Assembly: GCA_951406725.2 (NCBI GenBank)
Contig: OX597815.1
Location: 141,422,001 to 141,486,000, forward strand
DNA: 64,000 bases
Direction of reading: 5' to 3'
Source: Octopus vulgaris
Taxonomy: Eukaryota
Part shown: piece by piece, positions 1 through 13,835 of the stretch
How the letters are laid out: every line of letters starts with the position of its first letter
Position numbering within the stretch: the first letter of the stretch is position 1
Notes under the pieces: generated by a model
Databases searched by the model: none
Told to the model about the DNA's origin: nothing
What the model saw: only the letters and a program-made list of their open reading frames with translations
Made by a program: the position numbers and the translations under genes

Positions 1-100
1 GTACTAGACTTACAAAGAATAAGTCATGAGATCGTTGCTCGACTTGAGATAGATTTGCTCGGACTAAACTTCAATGGCGGGTGCTCCATCATGGCCACAT
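1..100 (+). mobile_element. 3' fragment of SINE family A (cut by window edge)
   Basis: gtactagacttacaaagaataagtc...gactaaa...gtgctccatcatggcc matches the 3' body of the copies at 49888-50512 and 60071-60323. Confidence 0.6.
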
Positions 101-262
101 AGATAGCAACAAAAAACCAAACTTCAATTTTCCCCTCCATTAGGGACGATCAACCAAATGACTGAACTTCATAAGTCATCGTCATCATCAAAACCTTGTC
201 ACTAAGTCTTTAAGTATAACGCCTAGCAAAGAGTTCACTCCCACCCCTAGAACTACCTGAAC

Positions 263-265
<3 letters not shown>

Positions 266-316
<51 letters not shown>

Positions 317-319
317 CAT

Positions 320-374
<55 letters not shown>

Positions 375-1007
375 TATGTATATATATCTGTGTATGTGTG
401 TATGCTTATATGTGAGTTTTTGTGCGTGTGTATGGTATTATGGTATTATTTGCAAGTTATTTTACAAATGCAAAAATATAATCTATTATTATGCTTCTAC
501 TCCATTGTTAAGCAAGATTTATAATTTATCATTCTGGTTACATGCTCAGTGTTACTTTGTAACACATACCAATTCCATTGCTCGGTTTCAGTCATTAAAC
601 AGCATAAATTAACTGAATGTTTTGCTGTCCTATCACAAATATTTATAATTAGAAAAATTTTGTCAAATATGGAACACATAACATCTACCACGCCACTATA
701 AATTGCTTTATTATCTTTAATAAGTAAATGTGCGTAAATGTGTCTATGATTATATACATACATACATACAAATATACAAACATATATACATATCTATATA
801 TATATATATATATCACGATATAAGTATATATAGGTGAATATATGTATATATGTATATATGTATGTATACATATATATAAATACATATGTATATATGTGTA
901 TATATACATATACATATAAGCTACATATGTATATATATATATATGTATATGTATAAGTATATATACATATATATACACGTATATAGAGGTACATATATGT
1001 ATGTATG

Positions 1008-1058
<51 letters not shown>

Positions 1059-1145
1059 GTGTGTGTGTCTGTGTGTGTGTATATATACAAATATTTACAT
1101 ATTTATACACTTATACATGTATGTCTATTTATAATTGCATACATA
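266..1145. repeat. (TA)n/(TACA)n/(TG)n low-complexity tracts (266-432 and ~750-1145)
   Basis: Direct inspection; source of YIYI/CVCV ORFs. Confidence 0.9.
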
Positions 1146-3397
1146 TTATTAGATTGTATGGAGGTGAAAGCATCGAATTTCTGATATACATTTTCGTATA
1201 TTCAATAGCGTAAAAATAAAACACATGCATTCAAATAACGGGAGTAAATAGACGATGGTTGGCGGGAAAAGAACAGTGGCTAAGAGAAGGAAATGATCCA
1301 GCATAGTAAGGTGAGCCAGGAATAGTCTACACAAGCAATAACATGTCGTCCTACCTCCACCAACACTGGCATGATAATTACATTGTTGATAAATGGAGAA
1401 ACATTCCACAGAATTCACCAAATCAATACTTTCCCGTTGCTTGGCAACATGGAGCTATTATTAATGAGAGGATACAGATCGATGCCGCTGGCTGGGTAAA
1501 AGCAACAAGAGAAGGAAGAGGAAGAAAGTGCGAATGAGAAAGATAGGAGAGAATACTGTAAACGAAAAATAGCTGAACTATGTAAAAACGTAAAGAATAT
1601 AGTCGATAGTTGCAGCTGATATATATCTGCAGTTCTGTGTTTAAGAATTAGCGACTGAATAATAATGTTCAATGAGTATTGAAACTGGCCATGCGACAAA
1701 TAAAGCCTTCGGTCGTTTATATGTCAGCAGGTCTTCCTATTAAGTTCCACATTCTATCAGGTAACTATCCCTGTTTTTCAACACATTGACATTGGTCAAA
1801 CCAATCAAAGGAAATCAATCATTGGAAATGATAAATGTTAGAATGAATATCGAGAACAATTTCAATATGATTCTATTGTAAATGAGTAATACTTATTTTG
1901 TGTTCGTTCCACTAACATTCAGTGAACACGCCTGGCTAGATTGATGAGTCACGAAGGATATGTTTGCCGTCAGACTGGCGTTCTTTTACCATCCGTTGAT
2001 TTCCGCCAGATATGTCCGTCTCCATCTGTCTAATAGTTATACTACCTGTGAGTTCGGAAGTTGATACAAAATATTTGATTAATCATTTCTGGTTTACAAT
2101 TATAGCGAGTGAAATACACACTTTTAGGGAATTATCACAAAAATATTCATAACAGAGGACTAGTACATAAACAAATACTCATCTGCTGACTGTGATGCTT
2201 AATTAACAACACGTCAGCTTTATTGATTGGTAGAAATTTCAAGTTTCCGCTTCAGCTATATCAAGCTGAAATTCTTTCAACTTGCAATGTGACATACAAA
2301 CAGACATCTGTGAGCATTGCTTTCTCTGATATATTCCACGAAGATATTATCTTCACTCTATATCAAACTAAATTCTAACATACAAAACGTGTTTCTGAAC
2401 AAGGAACAACTCAAGTAGTGTACTTTGAATGTCGCATGAGGAAATGTCTACGGGGCACCTGGTCACACATCTGCTGTAGACCAACCAAAACCGGCACCGG
2501 GTGAGAGTACCAGATTTCATAATTTGGAGTAGCAAATTTCATAATTCGGAATATAACTTGTTGTTACATTTTTATGATCAATAAAGTTGGTGAGATTCAT
2601 TCAGATATGTAGAAATAAAAATAATTTATTCTTACCAAGCTCTAAAGGAAGGAATATGAAATAAGAGATGAATTTAGGAGTAAGTAGATAAAGGCAGTAT
2701 TAAAATGCACAGCCATCGTTGTATTGCCTTACAGTTAAATACGCCAAAATAGCAAGTAATAATGAAAAGCAGATTACGCAGAAATTAGAGAACACATATA
2801 ATGCATCAGGTTCCATAAGATCGAAAGTAATATTATTTCAAAGATGAATCAAAATTTCTGATTCCATTTCAAATAATTATATTCTACATTAAGGATATAT
2901 TTATGGTTTCACAAATAATTTTGATTATAGAAAAGAAGACCTAAAATTGCAGATACAGCTAGAATTTAGGATTTCTTAAATGCTATAGTAAGCGACACAT
3001 TAATCAAGCACAAAACGAAAGAAAACCGAACTAATTAACACTTTACGATGCAAGTATTGTTCTCCATGTAATCATAAGGGATATTTTTCAGGTAACATAA
3101 CTGCTTTGATCAAGATTTGATTAAAATTTGTTGTTTTTCTTTCTAATATCTCAAGTAGAAATAGCAGCTAAGACGCGGTTATTTGTAATATACACACGGT
3201 TAATATCATATTTAGTAATATCTGAGTTTTTATATTCCTCGTAAGTCTTTTCACTTTCACTCTGGTACTTGGAGATAATATTACAATTGAAGTCTCTATT
3301 TTAGAACAGTATGCCTACTATAAACAGGGTTACTGCCCAGAAACGTAAACAGAATTCATATATATTTACCGAATTATATGATTTATTGTTTTATTGT

Positions 3398-3658
3398 TTT
3401 ATTTCACTTGTTTCAGTCATTTGACTGCGGCCTTGCTTTAGTCGAAGAAATCGACTCCAGGACTTTTTCGTTGTAGGCCTAGTACTTATTCTATAGGTCT
3501 TTTTTGCCGATCCGATAAGTTTCGGGAACGTAAATACACTAACATCGGTTGTCAAGCGATGGTAGGGGCTGTCAAACACAAACACATGCATACATATATA
3601 CTTAATACATACATACATACATACATACATACATGCATACATATACATATATATATAT

Positions 3659-3694
<36 letters not shown>

Positions 3695-3864
3695 TATGCT
3701 ATATATATATACGACAGACTTCTTTCATTTTCCGTCATCCAAATCCACTCACAAAATTTGGACAGCCCATGGCTATAGTAGAAACACTTGTATAAGGTGC
3801 CATGCAGTGGGACTGAACCTAGAACCATGTGGTTGGGAGACAGGCTTCTAACTACTCAGCCACA
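3398..3864 (-). mobile_element. tRNA-derived SINE family A with internal (TA/TACA)n tract
   Basis: Minus strand: A-box-like tggctgagtag, B-box-like ggttcagtccc, CORE-like ccttatacaagtgtttctactatagcc, internal microsatellite ~3575-3710, tail cagtcaaatgactgaaacaag; colinear with 49888-50512. Confidence 0.85.
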
Positions 3865-4174
3865 TCGTATACATACTTTTTATTTACTTGTGCATTTGCT
3901 CATTTACCAAAAATAAATGCTATCTGATGGCTTGTACTAATATACTTTGGGGATTTAATCCTCGTCTGATTATATGAGTTACTGATTATTAATCTAATAT
4001 TAATATTTAAAATAAAACTGATGCATTAGTTTGTATTAATAAGGCACTTTCAAGAAATAATCACATTTCGATTAAATTAACATTTCAATATGTTCAAAGG
4101 CTATTTTGCTTTTCCAGCCTATGTAAATTTTCCATATGAGTTTCAAAATTAAAATACTTATTATTATTCTACTA

Positions 4175-4358
4175 CTACTAGCAATAATGGTCTCAAACTT
4201 ATGGCACGAGGCCAGGTTCTTCAGAGTAGGGGGTAAATCAATTACATCGACCCCAGTGCTCAAAAATTACTTATTTTATCGATCTCAAAAGGAAGAAGTA
4301 TGAAGTCAATCCCGGTGGCATTTGAACTCAGAACATAAAGTCGTAAGAAATTCTACTC
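4175..4358 (-). mobile_element. SINE family M fragment (Meta/MESC-like central domain)
   Basis: acatcgaccccagtgctc...acttattttatcga...tttgaactcagaac shared with 22083, 44053, 46270 and 46628 copies. Confidence 0.7.
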
Positions 4359-4729
4359 CGGACTAAACGGGTTTCAGCAGAAGACACTCTTCAGAAACAA
4401 TCTTTATGGCAACAAGCTTCAAGAGATGGAAAAAAGAAACGGGAACAACTACAATGAATGTAAACGAGAAATACGCATGTTTTGATAAATGACAAAAGTG
4501 GACGTGATACCAATAGTGACTGGTGTATTTGGAAGTAACAGTAATCAACTTCTAATATAGCTCAAAAGTATTAAAACGAATGTAAAAACAGAACACATAG
4601 AAAATTCATTATTGCTTTGAAGTACAAGAGATATCAGCAGGGTTCTTGAATCGTGATCAGTAAACAACTGTCACCTTGGTCTGCCACTTACCTTGAAACC
4701 CAGCAAAATAATACTGAAATGATTTAGTA

Positions 4730-4743
4730 AAAACAACAACAAC

Positions 4744-4790
<47 letters not shown>

Positions 4791-4852
4791 TAATAATAAT
4801 AATAATAATGATAATAATAATAATAATAATAATGATGATGATGATGATGATG

Positions 4853-4903
<51 letters not shown>

Positions 4904-4923
4904 TTAATAATAATAATAATAAT
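4730..4923. repeat. Compound (AAC)/(AAT)/(GAT) microsatellite
   Basis: Direct inspection. Confidence 0.95.
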
Positions 4924-5397
4924 CTTGGTATAAAATATGGGCTGCAGCAAATATTCTGCTCAATACCACAGATTTGCTTGTCAGTTGTTTGACCTTAACC
5001 AGTTGAGCATGTCCCTTAGTGGCTGACGATATGTGCATCTCTGATCACGAGCAGAAGTAGTGGGGGAGCATCTTAGCCATGTGTTGAGAGGGATTCTTTG
5101 GGGTTTGAATAATTCACGTCTGGAAACATGGGTGGTTCTTTCAACATCCTTAAACAACCCTTATTCAGGGACCTTTTGAGCGGGATGGGCTACTCAACCT
5201 GAAGAAAATTCTAACTAGGCCCCACCTGCAAGGTCATATGCTGTTTATCTTGATATGAGATCACCATGTCGCGCACATATGGTTGTGATGCATGTGCCTG
5301 GTGTACCCTTATCAGACGGGTGGTCATGATTGGTATATTGGGCTTCGTATATTTTACCCCAGTGTCACTTTGATGGCATGAACTGCTCTCTCACTCA
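4924..5397 (+). mobile_element. Unclassified ~470-bp probable retroelement 3' region between (AAT)n tracts
   Basis: GC-richer island with sharp edges, (AAT)n on both sides, running directly into caataataat; no ORF of note. Confidence 0.4.
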
Positions 5398-5588
<191 letters not shown>

Positions 5589-5589
5589 G

Positions 5590-7484
5590 CTTTATTTATT
5601 GGTCATAACAAACGAGCACAAAATATAATGAGCAATACACAGACGATGAACAGTGAGTTTATACGTGTAAACAGCAAATCACAACAATTAACAAGGAAAA
5701 TTACCCAACAATATATAATTCCCCAATAGGGGTTGAATGATCTACCGAGAGGTGACCAAAGCAACCTCACCCACTTTGGACCCCTAAAACCAAAGCACCT
5801 CAGGTCGGCGCCCCTCTCCTTCTCACTCCATCCCACCTAAAGGCGTATACTTAAAGTAGATCCATCCACACTGGCCATCCTTGCTACATTCCCCCACCTT
5901 TCGATAAATTTACTGGGTAACAACAATTCCCTCTCCAATCTCACCTTCCTTTACAGGTTCAGCTTGAATAAGTCAATGCTGCTTTGGCCAAAGAGGAAAT
6001 TGCCTTTCTTCAACTCTTTCAATCACGTCCACCATAAACCTCATTCTTCATAGTCCACCAGGCAGAGAAACCGCTTATCCTTCTCAGCCAAAGCAAGGAA
6101 GCGGGGCACGATTGACTTGTTGCCATAAAGATTGTTTCTGAACAGTGTCTTTGAAGATCTGGAAGAGACAACTCTATTTACCGACCTTCATATTGGACTA
6201 CTCGAGAAATCCAGTCTGAACCTCTCAGCCAATTGGAAACGACCGAGCAGGTTTACGAGGCTTGTAAATCCCGCTTTCTTGTGGGTTAGCCCCACCCAAT
6301 CCATACGTGCATCCAAGATGGCGTTCTAGTCGCCCATTAACACTAAAGAGCGAGATGTTCCAAGAAACAGCCGCAAACGTCTAAAGAAATCCGGCTGTCC
6401 CTCTCCGATCGGTGCGTACACAATGGCCAGTCTAAAGTCACTGCTTTCGTTATCATTCAAGTCCAGGGCCATCATTCTGCCTACTGTGTTCAAGAATCTT
6501 GAGATCCAGGCCTTTTTCTGAGCAAAACCTCTGCCCCACGCTTCTTTCTCGGTCTACTAAGAGATGCAAAAATCTCAATCATCGAAAATAGGTACTATGT
6601 GGTGTTAATGGTTGCTACGGCTCAGTTTTTCCTTATCCTTCTTTCCTTCGGGCAATTGATTCTGATGTGACCTGAATCGCCACAGAATTAACACTGAGGC
6701 CTTCTTCCTTCCATGACCACCTGCAGATGCCGGCCTCCAGAGATTTCTATTAGGTCGAGTATTTTTGCTAAAGTTTCTGGTTTCACTACCAGTAGAATTT
6801 TCAACCCTATCCCAACCCAGTTCTCCTATTTGAAATGTTTTCTCCGTAGCCTCTAACGGGTTTTGAGGAACGTTTAGTGTGGCCTTTCTTTCTTCACATC
6901 TTATAATTCCTTTAAATGTCAAACTTATTTGTAACTTTTGCGAAGGAAATGTTATTTCTATCTGAACCTTTTCTTTCTTTGTTCGAAACTTTACTGATTT
7001 TTGTGGTGATCATAATGGTGGTAGTGGTGATATTTTCCTTGAACAATTGACTGCCGCTAGTTATATTTCGTGTTTCATTGATCTAATTCTCATTACACCT
7101 AACACATCCCCTGTGGTTGTTGTTGTTGTCTTTGCTGTTGCTACTCGTCCTGCTACTACCGCTATCATTTACATCTATAGTGAATGGGGGCAGTGATGGC
7201 GAAGGACCATTTCGCGTTCTACATCTCTAACCACTTCCCTCATTTGTTCACTTGTTGAAAAAGACGGCGCCGCCATATTAAATTTTGTAGGTTTTCAAAA
7301 GAAGGTTAATTTTGTTTCCGAGTGAAATTTGCCCCGCAAGGCAAAAAGAAAAAGTCAGACCAATATGGTCTAGCTTGACTTAGTCTCAGGTTATAACAAT
7401 AAAATGTATCAATAACAATCTTTTTAGAGATAAACAAGGCGCGCACGCGTTTGCAGGTCCGAGATACATGTCCAGCTCTGGTGA
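5590..7484 (-). mobile_element. Tx1/L1-like LINE, internally deleted (ORF1 start, APE endonuclease remnant, ORF2 C-terminus, 3' UTR)
   Basis: Minus translation: MAAPSFSTSEQ (~7275); APE motifs FRLAIVYAP..QPDFFRRL..LVLMGD*NAILD (6300-6480); C-terminus RKVRLERELL..FIERWGNVARMA (5840-5955); aataaataaa at the 3' end; no RT domain. Confidence 0.8.
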
Positions 7485-7509
7485 CAATAATAATAATAAT
7501 AGTAATAAC

Positions 7510-7582
<73 letters not shown>
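7485..7582. repeat. (AAT)/(TAG)n microsatellite
   Basis: Direct inspection. Confidence 0.95.
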
Positions 7583-8229
7583 AGCCATATTGTTAGTGCA
7601 TACTATAAGCTCGCACAATGCAAATAGAAAAGGAGACACGACAATGTGGCCAGATATGTCTACTGGTTGTTGTGCGGTAAAGCAAACCTTGAAGGAGCCG
7701 AACAACGGTATGAACACAAGCCAGAGGAAGTAATGGAAAACGAACATTACAAAATACTCTGGGATTTTAACATGCAGTCCGACCAAATCATAAAAGCGAG
7801 ACGACGAGATATCATGATCATCCATAAAGATGAAAAAGAAGCAAAGATGATAGATGATGCTATACCAGGCGATTCGAGGGTGAAATGTAAGGAAACAGAA
7901 AAGAGTGAGAATTGACAGCCACTGTGGGACGAGATAGGAAAGTTATGGGGCATGACGACAGTAATGGTTATACCGATGGAAATTGGAGCATCGGGAGCAG
8001 TATCCAAGAGCTTTGAAAAACATTAAAAATACTGGAGCAGCTGTCAGGCTCGAAGTGATCCAGGAGAAAGTATGATTGGGAAAAGCTCGCATTCTAAGGA
8101 GAATATTGTCTCTTTGAGTCACAAGAGAAGGCACAACTTGAAACATTTCGTAATTTACTATTGCCTGCTCTCAAGTAAAGAACAGCCGGATATTATGAAC
8201 TATCCAAGAATCTCTCAGAATAACAGTAG
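7583..8229 (+). mobile_element. R4/Dong-like non-LTR retrotransposon, 5'-truncated 3' end (restriction-like endonuclease)
   Basis: RRHDNVARYVYW..YEHKPEEVMENEHYKILWDF..ARRRDI..IDDAIPGD..KETEK..EIGKLWGM..GASG = RHD / RPD / PD-(D/E)xK region; stops present; followed by (AAT)n. Confidence 0.9.
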
Positions 8230-8230
8230 C

Positions 8231-8266
<36 letters not shown>

Positions 8267-8276
8267 GATAATGATA

Positions 8277-8322
<46 letters not shown>

Positions 8323-8357
8323 CAACAACAACAACAACAAAAATAATAATAATAATG

Positions 8358-8435
<78 letters not shown>

Positions 8436-8475
8436 GTTTAACTGTTATATAGCAATAATAATCACAATGATGATT
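8230..8475. repeat. Compound (AAT)/(GATAAT)/(AAC)/(GAT) microsatellite
   Basis: Direct inspection. Confidence 0.95.
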
Positions 8476-10468
8476 TCATTTATTTTCGACAATGGTGAAG
8501 GATGAGAGGGACAACACAAAAATAGACATAAAATGTGGGACTTACATATAATGAAATGATAAGAAAGAAAATATAAGTTAACACGGTATACTATGAAAAG
8601 GAAGTGACATATATACAAACATTAAACAAATCGTGGGTGGGCTGGTGATAGAGTAGTAGCTTTCCAGATACAGGATGACTTCTAGGAATAATCGAGGAAC
8701 CCCACATTGCGAGATTTTCCTGAAAACCAAGAGCATGTGCCCTCTGAAATTCCTTCTCTCCGGCTCACAGGGCTACACTTAAAATGGTATATTTCAGTAA
8801 ACTCACTCGAGGGCAGCACTTTTTACCCTCAATATCCTTCTCAAGTGAAACTTGAAGAAGTCAATTAGAGCTCTACCAAAGAGGATTATATCTGTCTTCA
8901 TGCCTTTCAGACTTCTCAATCAAACAACCTCTTTCGCCACAGCCACCAGATAAAGGCAAATCGCCTTGCCTACCCGATTGAAGGCGGACGGCTGGGCAAT
9001 CATCACTAGAGACTCGGCAGATAAATGGATCCATCTCACACGTGACAGCAGTTGTTCGGCATAACCCCACAGTTCAGTAATGCGTGTAGAAAGGTTTTGT
9101 CGCTCTGCACACACTTCGGATAAGGCAATCTGACAGCGTGCCTACACAGTTTATCTCAAACCTGTAGCGCTTTCCCAGTAGCACTGCTAGACCTATAATG
9201 TCAGTAAATTATTCGTGATAGTTCTCGACCGGAAAGTCTTCCGGAACAGACTAGCCTGTTAATTTTCGTCTATCTATCTATCCGCTCAGTCGAAGTCGAC
9301 TCTCGGTTACACGTTGGATCAGTGTCCTCCAGTCAGTTCTATCCTGGGCCGCTTCTTTCAGATTGGCTATGTCCATTCCGGTATCACTCTTGATGGTGTT
9401 ACGCCAGCGGGTTCTTGGTCGGCCTCTTCCTCTCTTGCCACTGACCATTCCGAGCATGATGTCCCTCTCCAGGGATTTTCTCCGCATAATATGACCGAAA
9501 TATGCCAATCTATGCTTGGTGATCCTAGCTTCCAGCGACACTTACGGCCTGATCTGCTTAAGAACTTCTCCATTGGTGAGCCTCGCTGTCCATGGAATCC
9601 GTAAAAGTCTTCTCCAACACCAAAGCTCGAATGCATTAATTCTCTTCTGGTCAGCTTTCTTTAGTGTCCAGGTCTCGCATCCATATGTTGCTATTGGGAA
9701 GGCAATTGCATTCACCAATCTGCATTTGGTAGCGAGTCTGATGTCTCTACTCTTCCAGACCCTGCTCATGCTGACCATTGCCTCTCTGCCTAGTACTATC
9801 CGCCGTCCTATTTCTGGAGTGCAGTCACCATCTCGATTCATTTTGGAGCCAAGGAAGATGAAATCATCAACCACTTCGATCTCTTCATTATCGATCTTTT
9901 CGTAGGCACCCATAATCTCCCGGAAAACGTCGTCGCACTTCCCAGACACTAATAATCCATAAATTGCTAAAGCAGAATATCCACCGATTCCATTGGCTGA
10001 CTCGTAGAAGGTTGTGAGCGACTGACAACACTCTACATGCCAGGCGCCCACTCTCGGTCTTTTCTTTACCCAGGATTGCACCTCCGTCAAGAAGACAATC
10101 TGCGGAATGACAAGTCTCACGAACGGAGCTCATACACGGTCACTATCTAGAAATCGTTGCAAGTAGCGTAACCTCAAAGTGTGTCTGGGTATTAGGAGCC
10201 ACAGCATACTTAATCCGCAACTCACTGGATGCTTCCAACAGATTGACAATCGGAACGCGTCCCTTCCACACTAATTTAAATAGGAGACACTTCAACCTGG
10301 TGAAGCAGTATCCCACACGAGGAACGACGGTCAGGCGATAAATGATAACAGAGGTGAAGTAGGTATTCGCCACGTCTGCCCGACCTTTTAGGAGCAGCTT
10401 CCTCTCAGCCCATTTCTGGGGAAGACTGGCCACCATCTCGTCTCAGTTTTTATGCACCTGGAGGTGGA
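8476..10468 (-). mobile_element. Tx1/L1-like LINE 3' portion, interrupted by an RTE insertion
   Basis: ORF 10143-10436 QKWAERKLLLKGRADVANTY..IIYRLTVVP..LFKLVWKGR and WVKKRPRVGAWHVEC align to the 58852-59784 ORF; continues left of the RTE with decayed C-terminus and 3' UTR. Confidence 0.85.
9270..9896 (-). mobile_element. RTE-clade (BovB-like) LINE 3' fragment
   Basis: IEVVDDFIFLGS..YGCETWTL..AFELWCWRRLLRIPWTAR..YFGHIMRR..GKRGRGRPRTRW..AAQDRTDWR; short (GATA)n tail; TTTTCGT duplicated at 9263-9269 and 9897-9903. Confidence 0.95.
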
Positions 10469-10531
<63 letters not shown>

Positions 10532-10982
10532 TATATATACATACACACACACATACATATATATATATACATTTATGAATATTTAGAAATGCTTCTGCAC
10601 ATAACTTTGTCAGCCTTTAAATGCATTGTAAAATGGGAGATGGAGTGGGAAGAATAGGATTTATAAAGATACCCTATAGATGTTTTGAATTACCTATGTT
10701 TTGTCGAGTCCAATTCACAATATCAGCTCTATCTCTTCTCCTAAAATTTGTATCGATTTTTTTTCCTTTTTTGTACACTTTATAAATTGTTTTCTCTGTC
10801 GCAGACAAACTGTCGTATGCTATTTATCTAAGCTAATACTCTGCAGATAAATTAATAGATTATCCAAAAAGAATTGTATGAGATTGATGCATGCTCTATC
10901 AGAATTACAGCTTGCGACTGTAACTTGATAATTTCGTCAAATCTTATGCTTCAAATTACACGTAGACACACGTGTATCTGTG

Positions 10983-11022
<40 letters not shown>

Positions 11023-11173
11023 TATTACTTATTGTATATTGTTTATTCATTCTTGTACCTTTTGTGTTTTAGTTATATGTTTTTAAAAAATATATTTTAT
11101 TTTTTATTTATGATTTGGTTTATGTCTATCATTCTTTGAATTGCATAATAGTGGTTTTTCTTTAATTTGTATA

Positions 11174-11207
<34 letters not shown>

Positions 11208-12459
11208 GGGGACAGGGTATGTATGAATGTGTTTATGTATGCTCACTGCCACCTATATTTCGCTGCATGCACAGATGCACGTGTAGAGAGAGATACACTT
11301 ACACCTCTTCACACATGCAGTTACATATTTGTTACTTTTTAAAGTTGCATTATTTGTTGTCGTGCCGTGTAAATTAATCTACGCTGAAATTATTCAGCAC
11401 GAATCTACATTCACCGCAACAAAATTCGATCATATATACATACAGCTATTGTTTCTTTCATTGTCACTTATTGGACTAAAATAGTTTTTGTTGAAATACT
11501 TTCCAGCATTAATGGTTTTAAAATTGTGTAATATAACCATTGTATGAGAAACGCTTTGGTAATATGGAATATTAAGCTGAAATTCAATGAAATTCTATTT
11601 CAACGGAAAGTATGAGTGTCAAAGTTTGCAAGAAGTAAACAGAAGCAATGTAGGGACATTTGTGCAATTTTTTGTAAGGTTTCCTATTTCAATTATGGAA
11701 AATAAAATCTATAATTTCTTTTTTTTTCATACACATACAGTCTTAATATTTAGGAAGCATAATACTCTAATATTGTAAATTGACCAACTAATGTAATTTG
11801 ATATATAAAAGAAATATGGAGTAAGTCACTGACAGAAACTATGTCATTTTATCTTAGATTGAAAATGTTTGTTCGTCATCACTTCTCTTCCATATAAGTG
11901 TATGTTATAAACAAAATTCTTTTGTATTTTAATTAAAAGAAGGCATAAGACAAGAATATTTCTTGATGTGTATACGGAAAATTAATTATACTATTTTCTC
12001 TATTTTCCTTATATACTCATGTCTAAAAACATTTGTATAACTGTAAGCTATTGATACACGTTGATTTCAAATTTCGTTTTAAAATACGTGAAATCAATAA
12101 ACCAGTGCATAAAATGCAAAACTACTTTCAAGATTCTTCCAGGTCAAATTTCTGCGAGCCAAGAAAAATGCGGGTTAACATTTCGGTTAATAAGATGAAC
12201 ATTCAATTTAATAATGTCTTATATAACAGTCTACACTCAGCAATTGAATCAGAAACAAACAGTGAAATATACTGAAATCAATTTTGAATATTGGTCTGAG
12301 TTTAATGGACATCTCAACAGTTTTATCACGAAGTGACAAAATACATTATCATTGTATTTTGATACAAATCACCACAGACAACATTAATTTAATATTCAGT
12401 CCAACAGATGATCCTGATGTGCATAATGATTTGTTCTAATTTGGCCCATGTTACTTTAA

Positions 12460-12582
12460 GGGCTTGGAACTTCACTTTATCGACTGGGATGGCAAACTTG
12501 ACACTGGAAGAATTTGAACTCAAACCATATGTCAGATGAAGTCGCACAAAACATTTTCCCGATTCTTTAAAGGTTTTTAGCA
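12460..12582 (-). mobile_element. Highly decayed SINE family M relic
   Basis: ggaacttcactttatcgac..gaatttgaactcaaac..aaacattttcc resembles other M copies. Confidence 0.4.
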
Positions 12583-13379
12583 TAATGCAGTTTTACACAA
12601 TGCGAATAATAAATATGTTACTAATGCATCAAGGACTATAGGTCAGGTTACTTAGCATTTTATATAATCTGCTCATTTACAGTAATGAGCAAATATCCAA
12701 TGTTTGACGGCGTATTACACAACAAATAAGCTCTTTATATATTTATAGGCTCTGTTATGTCGATCTCAATAATATGTCAGGATAGACACGATCCTCAGAT
12801 AAAACACGTTTTCTTAAGATTCAACCAATGAGTATAGAAGTTGGAAATACGTGATGAAAGGCGAAATTCTTTATCCTTTGGTTTAGAATAAATATATAGC
12901 TTTTTTACACAACAACCAGCACAGTTGCATTTTGTGAAAAATTAAATAATTATTCTCAGAACTTTGCGTCATTTTTCAGCAGACGGAGGACACACTATTT
13001 CATATTAATATTGCTAGTAATTCCTGGGATGAACTCTCAAATGTGCTTAATGTGTTAAATCAAAATCTTTCTCATCATTAATATATTCCATTATAAGAAC
13101 ACAGTGTTTATGTGAATATGTTATTTAGTATTTATAGATATTTACATTTGGTAATGTAGGTCATCACAACTTTTTTGTATTCTATTGTGCTACATTCTTA
13201 ACTATATAGTTAACTATATAGTTAACTATATAGTCTCCTAACTATTCGGCCATAAGACTTCATGCAAAAGTTTTAATCCAGCTTCGGGGAAAAGGTAAGA
13301 CATTCTTTGATAGACTGATAACTCTTCACAACTGCTAACAAGAATAGCAGTTTAAAATGAACGGATACAAAACAGTGTA

Positions 13380-13835
13380 GGAATGGAATTAAAATTTAAA
13401 AAACATACACTGGAAGACTACCAGGAAAAGAGGTGTAGGATCCACATTTCAAGACACAGTGCTTTGCTAACCAACAAACCGAAGCCAGCAATTCGCACCA
13501 AACGCTGAAGCTTATTGTTGAAGAAAGCTTTGTTATTGTATAATATTGCACGCCCACTCACGGCCGCTCAGAAAGTTGAAACTATTAACCAATATGGCTT
13601 GAAGTACTGGAACACCCTGCCTACAGCTCAGATTTCACCCCTTCCGACTATCACATCTTATGACCACTCAAAAATGGTTTAGGCGGTCGTCGATTTATTG
13701 CGGTTGAAGATGTGAAGGATGCCGTACATAAATGGTAGCACGACTAACTAAAAAAACCTTTTTCTTGGAAGAATATGCTTGTAGACTGCTGGAGCAAGTG
13801 CATCGAAAAAAAGGAGACTATATAGAAAAATGATG
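13380..13835 (+). mobile_element. mariner transposase C-terminal relic
   Basis: LEVLEHPAYSSDFTPSDYHIL*PLKNGLGGRRF..DVKDAVHKW and terminal KGDYIEK* (YSPDLAPSD motif). Confidence 0.8.

Noticed and set aside
358-1213. YIYI/CVCV/THTH ORFs here and at 26.8-28.3, 49.9-50.4, 55.6-56.0, 59.7-60.1 and 62.7-63.1 kb
   Set aside because: Dinucleotide and tetranucleotide repeat translations
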